Shown: positions 42,488 through 53,520 of the stretch, in pieces
Position numbering within the stretch: position 1 is the first letter of the stretch
How the letters are laid out: each line of letters begins with the position of its first letter
NCBI GenBank assembly: GCA_944332475.1
Contig: CALVKA010000003.1
Coordinates: forward strand, 63,493-127,492
Length of the DNA: 64,000 nt
Direction: 5' to 3'
Origin: an uncultured Bacilli bacterium
GTDB lineage: Bacteria > Bacillota_I > Bacilli_A > RF39 > UBA660
Translations under genes and position numbers: made by a program
The notes under the pieces: model-generated
Seen by the model: the letters and a program-made list of their open reading frames with translations, nothing else
Told to the model about the DNA's origin: nothing
Database searches by the model: none

Positions 42488-42563
42488 AACTCCTCCTTTG
42501 TTTGTTTTATTATACCATGAAAAAAAGCAATTCCGTGATAAGAATTACTTTTGTTTATTTATT

Positions 42564-43472
42564 TTACATATGTTTATTAGATTTGATTAGTGTCTTAGCC
42601 TTTGAAATGCCTTGTTCTAGTACTTCATCTACTTCTTCTCCATAGACAGATTTTGCAGAATTGTAGGCTAACATACAAATTGTCATTGGTCCTACTGCTC
42701 CTGTTGGAGGAGTAATTAATGATGCTTGGGGATAGATGTCATCAAAGTCGATATCTCCTACTGTTTTTCCTTCTTGATTTTTATGAACACCGACATCAAT
42801 TACAACGGCTCCTTCTTTAATAAATTCTCCAGTAATATATTCTTGCTTATTTAGTGCTGCTACGACAATATCACAATCTTTTGTAATGCTAGCCAATCCT
42901 GTTGTTTTCGAATGACAAATTACCGGGGTTGCATGATTTCTTAACATTAAATGTGCTAGAGGTTTTCCTACAATATTACTACGATTGATAATGGCTACTT
43001 TTTTACCTGCTAATGGAATTTCGTAAGCTTTTAATAGAGTTTCAATTCCATGAGGTGTACAAGGAATTAAAGCATCTTCATTTAATGCCAGTCTTCCTAT
43101 GGATGTAGTCGTTAAACCATCGATGTCTTTTTCTGAAGAAATTCTATCTAATATTCTTCTTTCATATGGTTGTAGTGATTTTGATAATGGTAACTGTATC
43201 ATAATTCCTGTTATTTTTGGATCTTCACTTAATGATTTAATGTAAGCTTCAAATTCTTCTACACTTGGATTTTCGAAGTGTACACTATGAAAATCAATTC
43301 CTGTTTCTTGCTGTATTTTTTCCTTCTTCATTTTAGCATACATCTGTCCACCAAAATCATTTCCTACTGATACATCTACTACATTAACTGTTCTATCTCT
43401 TTTTACTAAGTAGTTTCTTAATTCTTCATATAAAATACTACTAACTTGTAATCCATTTATTTTTTTATCCAT
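42564..43472 (-). CDS. folD: Methylenetetrahydrofolate dehydrogenase/cyclohydrolase
   Basis: YAKMK (YxxxK), IQLPL, KDIDG, PCTP, RSNIVGKP, IDVG, GAVGPMT; start set at MDKK. Confidence 0.9.
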   Translation of the reverse strand: MDKKINGLQVSSILYEELRNYLVKRDRTVNVVDVSVGNDFGGQMYAKMKKEKIQQETGIDFHSVHFENPSVEEFEAYIKSLSEDPKITGIMIQLPLSKSLQPYERRILDRISSEKDIDGLTTTSIGRLALNEDALIPCTPHGIETLLKAYEIPLAGKKVAIINRSNIVGKPLAHLMLRNHATPVICHSKTTGLASITKDCDIVVAALNKQEYITGEFIKEGAVVIDVGVHKNQEGKTVGDIDFDDIYPQASLITPPTGAVGPMTICMLAYNSAKSVYGEEVDEVLEQGISKAKTLIKSNKHM

Positions 43473-43552
43473 AACCTTACCCTCATTTCTATTTTCATTA
43501 TAACAAAAGAAAAATAGAAAGTAAATTATTAGAAAAATGAAAAAGAGCAAGG

Positions 43553-45670
43553 TTATTCCTTGCTTTCAATATTTGTTACTTTATAATTTTCATCTTGAAA
43601 ATCGATTGTTACGGTATCGTTTGGTTTAATTTGTCCTGCAATAATTAACTTAGATAACATGGTTTCAATCGTTCTAGATACTAAACGTTTTAGTGGTCTT
43701 GCTCCATAGTTGATATCATATCCTTCTTCTATTAACTGTTCTCTTGCTTTATCTGTCAAGTTTATTTTTAAGTTAATATCTTTTAATCTGTTTTCAATTT
43801 CTTTTATAATCTTGTCTAGGATATGACCGATAGCATCTTTGGTTAATGGGTTAAAGACAATTACTTCATCAATACGGTTAATAAATTCTGGACGGAAATG
43901 TTCTCTGACATCTTTCATTACTTGATCTGTGTTACCGTTTAGAATATGTTCGCTACCTAAGTTAGAAGTCATGATGATGATGGTATTTTTAAAGTCTACT
44001 GTTCGACCATTGGAATCTGTTACACGTCCATCGTCTAGAATTTGTAGTAATAAGTTTAGTACTTCTGGATGAGCTTTTTCTACTTCATCAAATAAGACAA
44101 TGCTATATGGATTACGTCTTACTGCTTCTGTTAATTGTCCACCCTCTTCATATCCTACATATCCTGGAGGCGAACCAATTAGTCTTGATACAGAGAATTT
44201 TTCCATATATTCACTCATATCAATTCTTATCATATGACGTTCATCATCAAATAGTTCATAGGCAAGTGTTCTTGCAACTTCTGTTTTACCTACACCAGTT
44301 GGTCCTAAGAATAGGAAGGATGCAATTGGTCTATTTGGGTCTTTGATACCACTTCTTGATTTGATAACAGCATCACTTACTAATTCTAGTGCTTCATCTT
44401 GGCCCATGACACGTTTTTTCATGTTGTCTTCTAGATGTAATAATTTATCTTTTTCACTGCTTACTAGCTTTGCTACTGGAATATTGGTCCATTTGGCAAT
44501 GATTTTTGCGATATCGTCTTCTGTTACCGTGTCACTTAAGATTTTATTCTTTTCGGTATTATTTAATTCTTCCAATTCTTTCTCTAATTTTGGAATCGTA
44601 CCATGTCTTAGAATAGCTGCTTGTTCTAAATCATATTTATTTTCTGCTTGATCTAGTTTGAACCTGGCTTCTTCTATTTCTTTTTTCTTTTTCTTAATAT
44701 TTTCATTTAAATTTTTTTCTTTGTTCCATGCTTCAGTTAATTCTTGTTCTTTTTGTTTCATTGTTGTTAGATTCTTATCAATATCTTCACGACGTTTCTT
44801 AGAAATTTCATCTTTTTCTTTTTTGATGGCTTGACGTTCAATTTCTAACCTCATAATTCTATGAGTTAAGTTATCTAGTTCGAATGGAACGGAATCCATC
44901 TGTACTCGTATGGTTGCACAAGCTTCATCCACTAGGTCAATGGCTTTATCTGGTAAGTAACGGTCTGTGATGTATCTATTAGATAATGTTGCTGCAGCAA
45001 TTAGAGCCTTATCTTGAATCGTTACACCATGATGGATTTCAAAACGTTCTTTTAATCCACGAAGAATAGTAATGGTATCTTCGACATTTGGTTCATCTAC
45101 TTTAATTTTTTGGAAACGTCTTTCTAGGGCTCCATCTTTTTCTATATATTGTCTATATTCATTTAGAGTTGTAGCACCAATGACATGAATTTCACCACGA
45201 GCAAGCATTGGCTTTAAGATGTTAGAAGTATCCATGGCACCATCTGTTCTACCAGTACCAACTATCATGTGAATCTCATCGATAAACATGATGATATCTC
45301 CTTCACTTTTCTTAATTTCATTTAAAACCTTTTTTAGTCTCTCTTCAAACTCACCACGATATTTGGCCCCAGCAATTAAAGATGCCATATCTAGTTCCCA
45401 GACTGTTTTATCTTTAAGACTAGAAGGTACATCACCTTTGATAATTCTTAAAGCAAGCCCCTCTACGATTGCTGTTTTACCAACACCAGGTTCTCCAATT
45501 AGAACTGGGTTATTTTTTGTTTTTCTTGATAATACTCTGGTGATACTACGAATTTCTTCATCGCGTCCAATAACTGGGTCAATTTTACCTTTTTTTGCTT
45601 CGGCTGTAATGTCACGTCCATATTTTTCTAGAACATTTTCTTCTTGTTCTTGTTCATAATTATTATACAT
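43553..45670 (-). CDS. clpB: ClpB AAA+ disaggregase lacking the N-terminal domain
   Basis: [20 protein letters not shown], long coiled-coil M-domain, [16 protein letters not shown]; starts directly at LEKYGRD. Confidence 0.93.
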   Translation of the reverse strand: MYNNYEQEQEENVLEKYGRDITAEAKKGKIDPVIGRDEEIRSITRVLSRKTKNNPVLIGEPGVGKTAIVEGLALRIIKGDVPSSLKDKTVWELDMASLIAGAKYRGEFEERLKKVLNEIKKSEGDIIMFIDEIHMIVGTGRTDGAMDTSNILKPMLARGEIHVIGATTLNEYRQYIEKDGALERRFQKIKVDEPNVEDTITILRGLKERFEIHHGVTIQDKALIAAATLSNRYITDRYLPDKAIDLVDEACATIRVQMDSVPFELDNLTHRIMRLEIERQAIKKEKDEISKKRREDIDKNLTTMKQKEQELTEAWNKEKNLNENIKKKKKEIEEARFKLDQAENKYDLEQAAILRHGTIPKLEKELEELNNTEKNKILSDTVTEDDIAKIIAKWTNIPVAKLVSSEKDKLLHLEDNMKKRVMGQDEALELVSDAVIKSRSGIKDPNRPIASFLFLGPTGVGKTEVARTLAYELFDDERHMIRIDMSEYMEKFSVSRLIGSPPGYVGYEEGGQLTEAVRRNPYSIVLFDEVEKAHPEVLNLLLQILDDGRVTDSNGRTVDFKNTIIIMTSNLGSEHILNGNTDQVMKDVREHFRPEFINRIDEVIVFNPLTKDAIGHILDKIIKEIENRLKDINLKINLTDKAREQLIEEGYDINYGARPLKRLVSRTIETMLSKLIIAGQIKPNDTVTIDFQDENYKVTNIESKE

Positions 45671-45705
45671 ATTATCACCCCTTCACTGTATATTATACTC
45701 TGTTT

Positions 45706-45732
45706 TTAGCACTTGTCAATATAGAGTGCTAA
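45706..45732. promoter_or_regulatory. CIRCE overlapping the sigma-A -35 box of clpB
   Basis: TTAGCACTT-N9-GAGTGCTAA; minus strand TTGACA-16-TATAAT. Confidence 0.92.
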
Positions 45733-46018
45733 TTTATTTAAAAAAGAAAAGATGTAATGATACATTCTTAACTTTTACTACTATTTTCTAAGCATTGACA
45801 TATATTTTTCTTTTTCATTCTTTTTAAAACAAATAATATCGTCAGAGCTAAATACTATTTGCGATGGGCATTTTCTTACTTTATTATTGGTACAATATTT
45901 GCCTCTTATTTTTGCCATTTACATATTTCTTTTATAAAAATATTTAATTTATGCTTTTTCTACTAATGCAAGTATAAATAAAATATTTGAACAAATAAAA
46001 AGGCAGAGGCTTCTGTCT

Positions 46019-46435
46019 TTACTTTTCTTCTTTTACTTTTCTGAATAGTATGATAAAGAATAAAACAATACCTATTCCTAATAAAAGGTGCCCTATACCA
46101 CTGATTCCACTAATCATCTTGTCATATTTTATATAGAAATCATTTACAATATCTGCGACACCTCTCATCCATAGCATGATTCCAGTTAGGAGTAATCCTA
46201 TGTTGTAGATGATATAAAATGATTTGAATTTTTTATCTTTTGTTATGTGAAATTGTTTTTCTAGTACTAGAACGATTAGGAAAAAGAACATTCCTAATAC
46301 AAAGAAATGGGTATGGGTTAAACTCCAAGTATTTGGTTCTGTTAATTCTAAAAACCTACTTCCTTCTCTATAAATAATTCCACAAAGCATGGCTATAATA
46401 GCATATACAAAGGATGTATTTATTATTTTTTTCAT
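46019..46435 (-). CDS. DUF2871 family membrane protein
   Basis: GIIYRE, LTHTHFFVLG, YNIGL, ISGISGIGH. Confidence 0.8.
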   Translation of the reverse strand: MKKIINTSFVYAIIAMLCGIIYREGSRFLELTEPNTWSLTHTHFFVLGMFFFLIVLVLEKQFHITKDKKFKSFYIIYNIGLLLTGIMLWMRGVADIVNDFYIKYDKMISGISGIGHLLLGIGIVLFFIILFRKVKEEK

Positions 46436-46450
46436 ATACTTCTACTCCTT

Positions 46451-49036
46451 TTATTTTTCTTCTTTTGGGGCAAATAATTTTATAATTTCTGATACTAATA
46501 ATGGGACAATGGATAGTCCTATGACGATTAACCATTGTGCTGTATTTAATGGGGCAATGGAGAAAAATTTACTTAATGCTGGCACAAAGATAATGACTAG
46601 TAAAATTAATGTGGATGCTAGCATAGCTAAGAATAATGTTTTGTTCTTTGGTTGCTCTTTTGAAAAGAAAGATAATGTGTTCGAATGTTGATTCATAGCA
46701 TGTACAATCTGTGATAGACAGAGTGTAATAAATGTCATTGTAACAGCGGTTTCATAACTTTGTTGTAGACCGATAAAGTAAGCGGCAAATGATAATATTG
46801 TTAATAGTGCTCCATAATACGCAATATTATAAATCATACTTCTTTCAAATAACGTTCCTTTTTTCGTTGGTGGATGTTTCATAGTATTTTTATTGGCAGG
46901 ATCTACTCCTAAAGCTAATGCTGGCAATGTATCTGTAATTAAGTTTACAAATAAGATATGAACTGCTAATATCGGAGTTTGAAGATTAAAGACCATGGCT
47001 AATAAAATGGTTAATACTTCAGCAATATTTCCAGTTAGTAAAAACTGTATTACTTTTTCAATATTTCGATAGATTCTTCTTCCTTCTTTAATAGCAACTT
47101 CAATTGTTGAAAAATTATCGTCTAAAAGCAACATATCAGCAGCGTCTTTAGCAACATCTGTCCCATTTTTACCCATGGCAATTCCAATATCAGCAGTGTT
47201 TAAAGCAGGGGCATCGTTTACTCCATCACCTGTCATACCTACTATTTCGTGTTGTTCTTGTAAGGCATTTACGATATCTAATTTATCTTTTGGACTTACT
47301 CTAGAGAAGACACTAATCTTTGGTAATTTTTTTAATAAGTCTTCTCTTGTCATACGATGGAATTCTTCAACATTAACTGCTAAATCACCTTCTTTATATA
47401 TACCTAGTTCTTTAGCAATCGCAACAGCTGTTGCTTTATGGTCACCAGTTATCATAATGACTCTGATTCCTGCTTCATGACAACTTTTGATAGAAGATAA
47501 TACTTCTTTTCTTGGAGGGTCTATCATACCAGTTATACCTAAGAAAATCATATCTTTTTCGACTTCATCTTTAGATAATTTAGTAGTTTTATAAGCATAA
47601 CCTAAACTTCTTAAAGCGTTATTAGCCATATCTTCACATTTAGATAAGATTACTTTTTTATCATCTTCTGTTAGTTTTTTCTTACGATTACCAATTAAAG
47701 CATAAGAACAATTTTTTAATAATTCTTCTACGGCCCCTTTTGTGTAAGATGTTAGTTTTTTATTTTCATCTTTACAAATTACAGTCATTAATTTTCTATC
47801 TGAATCAAAGGGTTTTTCTTCTTGTTTAGGATTATTTCTAATTAATTCATCTACTGAATAGTTATTTTTTTCAGCAAATAATAATAGTGCCCCTTCTGTA
47901 GGATCTCCTTGAACTTTATTTTGAATAAGACTAGCGTTATTACAAAGGACTCCACACATTACTAATTTATCAATATTTTTTTCTTTTCCAGAAAGTAAGC
48001 TATCAGCTGTTTCATATTCAACAACAGTCATTTTATTTTCCGTTAAAGTTCCTGTTTTATCACTACAAATAACAGTAGCACTACCTAGTGTTTCAACAGC
48101 TGGTAGTTGTTTTACAAGTGCTTTTTTCTTTGCCATTCTTTCAACACCTAAAGCCATAACAACTGTTACTGTTGCAGGTAATCCTTCCGGTATAACAGAG
48201 ATGGCAAGAGATATAGAAATCATTAAAATATCAATTAGGTTTTGACCGTGATATAGTCCTAAAATAAAGATAAAAATACTTACTAATATTCCTATGATAC
48301 TTAAGACTTTTCCAATATGATTTAATTTTTCCTTAAGGGGTGTTTCTGTATTATCAGTATCTAATAGTTTAGCAATCGTTCCTATTTCAGTATTCATTCC
48401 TGTTCCAATTACAAGAGCTACTGCTGTACCATTTGTAATTATAGTTGATGAATATCCTTGATTTTTTCTTTCTCCTAGAGGAACATCATTTACACCAACA
48501 TAAGAAGAATCTTTATCGACAGGAATACTTTCTCCAGTTAAAGCAGATTCATCTACTTCTATTTCATGCTCTTTAATAAAACGTACATCAGCAGGAATAA
48601 TATTTCCTGCTTCTAAATAAATAATATCTCCTGGGACTAAATCTTTAGCCATAACTTCTTCTTTTTTACCATTACGTAAAACTAAAGAATGAGGAGCATT
48701 CATATTTTTTAATGCCTCAAGAGCATCACTTGCCTTTTTTTCTTGAATAACACTTATTAAAACATTAATAGCAATAATAAATAAAATAACAAATCCTTCT
48801 AGTTTTTCTCCTAATATAAATGACAAAAAAGAAGCAATTAATAAGATAATAATCATTTTATCTGTTAGTTGTTCTAATATCATTTTAAGAATCGTTTTTT
48901 TCTTTTTTTGCACTAATTCGTTAGGGCCATACTTTTCTAATCTTTTCTTTACTTCAATTGAAGATAGTCCTACATCTTCACTTGTATTTAATTCTTCTAA
49001 TACTTCTTTTAAAGATTTTTTATATGATTCTTGCAT
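46451..49036 (-). CDS. P-type ATPase, type II (Ca2+-translocating-like)
   Basis: LTGES, IPEGLP, CSDKTGTLT, KGAVE, MITGD, GDGVNDAPAL. Confidence 0.95.
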   Translation of the reverse strand: MQESYKKSLKEVLEELNTSEDVGLSSIEVKKRLEKYGPNELVQKKKKTILKMILEQLTDKMIIILLIASFLSFILGEKLEGFVILFIIAINVLISVIQEKKASDALEALKNMNAPHSLVLRNGKKEEVMAKDLVPGDIIYLEAGNIIPADVRFIKEHEIEVDESALTGESIPVDKDSSYVGVNDVPLGERKNQGYSSTIITNGTAVALVIGTGMNTEIGTIAKLLDTDNTETPLKEKLNHIGKVLSIIGILVSIFIFILGLYHGQNLIDILMISISLAISVIPEGLPATVTVVMALGVERMAKKKALVKQLPAVETLGSATVICSDKTGTLTENKMTVVEYETADSLLSGKEKNIDKLVMCGVLCNNASLIQNKVQGDPTEGALLLFAEKNNYSVDELIRNNPKQEEKPFDSDRKLMTVICKDENKKLTSYTKGAVEELLKNCSYALIGNRKKKLTEDDKKVILSKCEDMANNALRSLGYAYKTTKLSKDEVEKDMIFLGITGMIDPPRKEVLSSIKSCHEAGIRVIMITGDHKATAVAIAKELGIYKEGDLAVNVEEFHRMTREDLLKKLPKISVFSRVSPKDKLDIVNALQEQHEIVGMTGDGVNDAPALNTADIGIAMGKNGTDVAKDAADMLLLDDNFSTIEVAIKEGRRIYRNIEKVIQFLLTGNIAEVLTILLAMVFNLQTPILAVHILFVNLITDTLPALALGVDPANKNTMKHPPTKKGTLFERSMIYNIAYYGALLTILSFAAYFIGLQQSYETAVTMTFITLCLSQIVHAMNQHSNTLSFFSKEQPKNKTLFLAMLASTLILLVIIFVPALSKFFSIAPLNTAQWLIVIGLSIVPLLVSEIIKLFAPKEEK

Positions 49037-49048
49037 AAATACTCCCTT

Positions 49049-51637
49049 CTATTCTTTAAAATAGTTATTTAGTTTTTCTAATATTTTTTGCTTTTTGACG
49101 GACTTTTGTAATTCATTATTAGTTGCGAATATAATTAGGATAATTCCAACAACTAAAATATATAGCCACCAAGGTAAGCTTGTCCAAAATTCTATCGTTA
49201 AAGAAAATATATTGATTAAGATAAAGATAATACTTAGATAAAATAATGATGATATTTTTTTGTAATAAGATAATATTGTTGTTAGTAAAAGGAAAGTTAC
49301 AAATATAATACCATCTAGTTGGTTTTTATATTGTGCTATGGCAATAGCAAATAAAATAATAGTACCAAGGTATTCTAAGATATTAGCAGATTCTTTTTCT
49401 TTTTTCTTAATAATAGTTTGTGTTATTAAAAACAATGTAAGTAAGTAACCTAATATCGTAAAGACCGTTGGTCTATTGAAGTTAGAAAAGATTGTTTCAT
49501 ATAACCATAAACAAGTTAGATAAAAACATACTCTTATGATGTTTGGATACTTTTTATTTTTATCCATATTAGTAAATGACCATATAATTAATAAAATAAT
49601 TGTATAGTAAGTATTTAGAGGATACATTATATGGTTTAAGATAATATAGGCTGGAGTAATAAAATCTGTTGTTAAACGTTGTTTTGCTAAATAGGAATCT
49701 TTCATCCAAATAATTATCATTATTAAACTTAATAATGGATTTAGTTCAATATCATATAAAACTACTTTTTCTGTAAATAATAAGATAGTTAAAAATACAT
49801 AAGAAGTATTTTCTAATATTTTGTTATGTTCTATTTTTTTATTATAAAATAGTGTTAATAAAATAGTAATAATAATTAATATGTAATTAATTCCTTTATC
49901 TAAGAAAGTAACTGATAATAAAGCAAAGACATAAATAGATAAATAGTTTTTAAATTCTATTAATTTCTTTTTACTTAGTAGTTTGATAGTAATTAGTAAT
50001 AATGAAGTTATAGTAAATGATAAATACTTAGGTATTTCTATAGGTATTATGTTTACTATTGCTTCTAAGAATATAGAGAAAGCAAAATATGTAATTAGTA
50101 AATGATAACTTTTTTTAGAATTATGATAATTTAAGAATGTTGTTATAGTTATTATTAGAGGTATTAAGAAGTTTTTACTTCCTCCATCTAAGATATTATC
50201 AATAGCAAAGATAATTAAACATGGTATTAAAATAATATTAGTATTTAGTTCTATTATATCTTTTAGTTTTTCTTTATTTACCTTTTTCATAAGAATACAT
50301 TTTACAATTTCTATGATTGTTAAAGATAAAACAAATTCTTGAAAACTTAAGTTTAAAGTATAAGTTACTAAGTAAAATAAGAAAGCTATTAACCAGATAC
50401 TTAGTGTGATATGAACTGTCCATTTTTCTTTTAAATAACGATATATATTTATAAAGATGGTAACTGTTATTAAAGTTATAGCTAACCATAGATAATTAGA
50501 TAGCATATTAGCTATAAAAAGTGAAGCAAAAGATATAATTATAACTATCCAATCTAGTGAAGTTGTGTTTTTAAGATCTAGTTCTAGTCTTATATATAAT
50601 AGTGTTAACGTTACTAACATAATTATTTGTTGGATAAATAAAGATAAATCTAATTTTAAAGTAAGTGTTCCAATTAGTAAAATTGCATAAACTGGAACAA
50701 GGGCATGATGATAGTTTTCTTTTCTGCCATAGTAAATAGATATTATTAGTTGTAAGAACATAGTTATAAAATATGGAATAGTTAAATCTATGATTGGAAT
50801 ATTTTCACTAGGTTCTGTTATACCAATTATTATTAATAATGATGATAATAAAGTCAAAAGAATAGTTAGTGTTATATGTAAAATATTTTCTATTTGTTTA
50901 GATATTGCTGTTTTAAAATAAATGTTTTTAATTAGTATAGCAATATTATAAATAGTAAAACCTAAAAAATATACTTGGTAATTAACATCTAAAAAGATTA
51001 AGAAAAATAATACTGATAATAGTTGAAATAAATAGTTAGCGTATGATAGTTTTTCTTCTTTTTTAGACGAGAAAAAGTAAATTATACTAGTTATAATAGA
51101 AGTAATTGCAAGATATAAAAATAAGTATTTCCCACTTTGGAGAGTTTTTCCTAATAGGCCAAGTGGCGCAATAGATATTAAAGAGATTGGAATGTATATC
51201 ATAGCAATATAAAAGAAAGCTTTGGCTGTTTTTAAAATATTTAGGTTATGTTTAGCATAATAACTTAGACCAAGGAAGATAAAAACTAAGAAGAAGACAG
51301 TTATTACTTTAATAATATTTGGTAAGACATTCCATGTTGATGTTAAGAAAAGAATAGCTGCTAAAACGATAAGAATAGAACCTGTAATTAGTATTAAGTT
51401 ATTACGATCTTTTTCTTTAGGTATTGTTTTAGTTTCTAAAACTTCTTCTTGTTGTTGTTTTATATCTGGTATTATTTCTTGTTTAGATTTATTTTTTTCA
51501 TTAAGTATTGTCGCCATATTTTTAATATTTATATGAAGTAAGTTATTTTCTTTTTTTAGTTTATTTAATTCTTTATTTTTATCATTAATTATTACCATTA
51601 AAATGATAATAATTCCAATCCATATAATATTTATCAT
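49049..51637 (-). CDS. Very large polytopic membrane protein (DUF2157/DUF2339-like)
   Basis: More than 20 hydrophobic segments; ILITGSILIVLAAILFLTSTW near the N-terminus; FWTSLPWWLYILVVG near the C-terminus. Confidence 0.65.
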   Translation of the reverse strand: MINIIWIGIIIILMVIINDKNKELNKLKKENNLLHINIKNMATILNEKNKSKQEIIPDIKQQQEEVLETKTIPKEKDRNNLILITGSILIVLAAILFLTSTWNVLPNIIKVITVFFLVFIFLGLSYYAKHNLNILKTAKAFFYIAMIYIPISLISIAPLGLLGKTLQSGKYLFLYLAITSIITSIIYFFSSKKEEKLSYANYLFQLLSVLFFLIFLDVNYQVYFLGFTIYNIAILIKNIYFKTAISKQIENILHITLTILLTLLSSLLIIIGITEPSENIPIIDLTIPYFITMFLQLIISIYYGRKENYHHALVPVYAILLIGTLTLKLDLSLFIQQIIMLVTLTLLYIRLELDLKNTTSLDWIVIIISFASLFIANMLSNYLWLAITLITVTIFINIYRYLKEKWTVHITLSIWLIAFLFYLVTYTLNLSFQEFVLSLTIIEIVKCILMKKVNKEKLKDIIELNTNIILIPCLIIFAIDNILDGGSKNFLIPLIITITTFLNYHNSKKSYHLLITYFAFSIFLEAIVNIIPIEIPKYLSFTITSLLLITIKLLSKKKLIEFKNYLSIYVFALLSVTFLDKGINYILIIITILLTLFYNKKIEHNKILENTSYVFLTILLFTEKVVLYDIELNPLLSLIMIIIWMKDSYLAKQRLTTDFITPAYIILNHIMYPLNTYYTIILLIIWSFTNMDKNKKYPNIIRVCFYLTCLWLYETIFSNFNRPTVFTILGYLLTLFLITQTIIKKKEKESANILEYLGTIILFAIAIAQYKNQLDGIIFVTFLLLTTILSYYKKISSLFYLSIIFILINIFSLTIEFWTSLPWWLYILVVGIILIIFATNNELQKSVKKQKILEKLNNYFKE

Positions 51638-51646
51638 AGAATACTC

Positions 51647-52165
51647 CTATCTTCTTTTACCATTACTTTTACTTATGTTCATTGTATCATAAAATTCATC
51701 TAAATCGTAAATTTCTTTGTTTAAGTATACTCTTCCTTCATTGGTAATTGGTGTTGCTTGAAAATATGCACTTTTTCTTGTTAATAGTTCTTGCCAATCT
51801 TCATAGCTAGATGTAAAGTAGCTTTTTTGTTCTTCGGTTGGTATAGTTGGTGTTAAGGTCCAGTACGCATTATATTCATTATCAGTACCAGATATTCTAG
51901 AAGATAAGTTTAGAGCAAAGACACATCCCCTACTTGCCATTAGTGTTACTTGTTTAAAGAATGATTTTTCTCTATCATAATTAAATCCTAATTGCTCAGA
52001 AAGATTTTGAAACCATTCTGTATTTAGTATTTCTGATACAAAAGCAGAGTCATGATAGTTTTCATCTTTTCTTTCTTTAATGATTTCGTAAGACTGTTTT
52101 CCAAAATATCTTTTATCACCATTAGGAGCAATAATAAGTCCTAGTTTAGTTTCTATCTCTAACAT
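51647..52165 (-). CDS. Hypothetical protein
   Basis: 172-aa ORF coupled to neighbours; basic C-terminal tail. Confidence 0.6.
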   Translation of the reverse strand: MLEIETKLGLIIAPNGDKRYFGKQSYEIIKERKDENYHDSAFVSEILNTEWFQNLSEQLGFNYDREKSFFKQVTLMASRGCVFALNLSSRISGTDNEYNAYWTLTPTIPTEEQKSYFTSSYEDWQELLTRKSAYFQATPITNEGRVYLNKEIYDLDEFYDTMNISKSNGKRR

Positions 52166-52959
52166 TTTTCAACACCTATTTCTTTTATTAAATCTATTAT
52201 TTCATCGTGAACAATACCATTACTTATAATAGCACCATGGATTGCTCTATCATATTTATCTTCTTCACCAAAGAGACTTGTTACAGTACCTCCTGCTTCT
52301 TCAACAATAATTTTTAAGGCAGCAATATCACAGTTTTTACCTTCTCCTCCAGGAAAAAGAGCTAAAGTAAAGTTTCCTTCAGCAACTTCTACTCCAGCAT
52401 GAACAATACTACCGATAGTAACAATATATGATTTTTTACCTATTTCTTTTTCTATATCATATAAATTATAAGTTGCGGTTGGCCACATATCAATTTGTAC
52501 AACAGATGATGAGTCTTCTAAATATGTTTTGTTTACATGAATTGGTTTATTGTTTTTATAAGCACCTTGACCAAGGGATGCCTCATATAAAGTATCAGTA
52601 AATGGATCATAGGCAACACCTACAACTGGTCTACCTTCTTCTGTTAGAGCAAGTGAAAACATAGCAACAGGAATATGTCGTTGATACATGGCGGTTCCAT
52701 CAATAGGATCTGTTACCCAGGTATATTTACTTTTTCCAGATTTTTCTTCTTCTCCATCAATTGCGTGATCTTTAAAGTTTTTCTTTACTTCGTTAATTAC
52801 CATTTTATTAATTTTTTCATCTACTTCAGTTACAATTGTTTTATCATCTTTATAGTGATATTCTTTTACTTCATCAAAATACTTTAACATGATTTTACCT
52901 GCTTTTTTAGCAAGTCTTTTAGCAAATTTTAAATACATTTTTAATTCTTCGTTTGTCAT
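52159..52959 (-). CDS. Inositol monophosphatase family protein
   Basis: VTEVD, GEE, WVTDPIDGT, DIAA..IIVEEAGGTVT. Confidence 0.92.
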   Translation of the reverse strand: MTNEELKMYLKFAKRLAKKAGKIMLKYFDEVKEYHYKDDKTIVTEVDEKINKMVINEVKKNFKDHAIDGEEEKSGKSKYTWVTDPIDGTAMYQRHIPVAMFSLALTEEGRPVVGVAYDPFTDTLYEASLGQGAYKNNKPIHVNKTYLEDSSSVVQIDMWPTATYNLYDIEKEIGKKSYIVTIGSIVHAGVEVAEGNFTLALFPGGEGKNCDIAALKIIVEEAGGTVTSLFGEEDKYDRAIHGAIISNGIVHDEIIDLIKEIGVEKC

Positions 52960-53038
52960 AGTCCACCTCTATTTTTATTATAGCATACATTACTTTATTG
53001 TTTTACATTTTTGTGTTATTCTATATTCGGGTGATAGA

Positions 53039-53506
53039 ATGATTAAAGTGTGTTTTGTTTGTTTAGGAAATATTTGTCGTAGTCCTATGGCAGAATTTAT
53101 TTTTAAAGATATGATAAAAAAGGAAAATTTAGAAGATAAAATAAGTGTTTGTTCAATGGCAACTAGTACGGAAGAAGTTGGGAATATGATGCATCCTGGA
53201 GCAAAAAGTGAATTAGATAAAAATCATATTCCTTATACTTATCATCAAGTTAGAGTATTAAGTCAGGATGATTATGCAAAATATGATTATTTTATAGGAA
53301 TGGATGCTTCTAACGTATTTCATATAAAACGTATATTTGGTGAAGATAAAGATAGTAAAGTTTTTAAATTATTAAATTTTAGTGAAAGTGATAAAGATAT
53401 ATCTGATCCTTGGTATACAGGAGACTTTACTACTACTTATCAAGATATTGTAGTTGGTTGTAAAGCATTTTTAGATTTTTTAAAAGATGAAAATAATATA
53501 AACTAA
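53039..53506 (+). CDS. Low-molecular-weight protein tyrosine phosphatase
   Basis: FVCLGNICRSPMAE (CX5R) and DPWY; start set at MIKV. Confidence 0.93.
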   Translation: MIKVCFVCLGNICRSPMAEFIFKDMIKKENLEDKISVCSMATSTEEVGNMMHPGAKSELDKNHIPYTYHQVRVLSQDDYAKYDYFIGMDASNVFHIKRIFGEDKDSKVFKLLNFSESDKDISDPWYTGDFTTTYQDIVVGCKAFLDFLKDENNIN

Positions 53507-53520
53507 AAAAAGCCTTATTT

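Noticed and set aside
52889-53038. 50-aa N-terminal extension of the LMW-PTP in the ORF track
   Set aside because: It overlaps the divergent IMPase gene; the family start MIKV at 53039 has its own RBS-like GGTGA. The same reasoning trims folD, the dehydrogenase and the GT2 starts.
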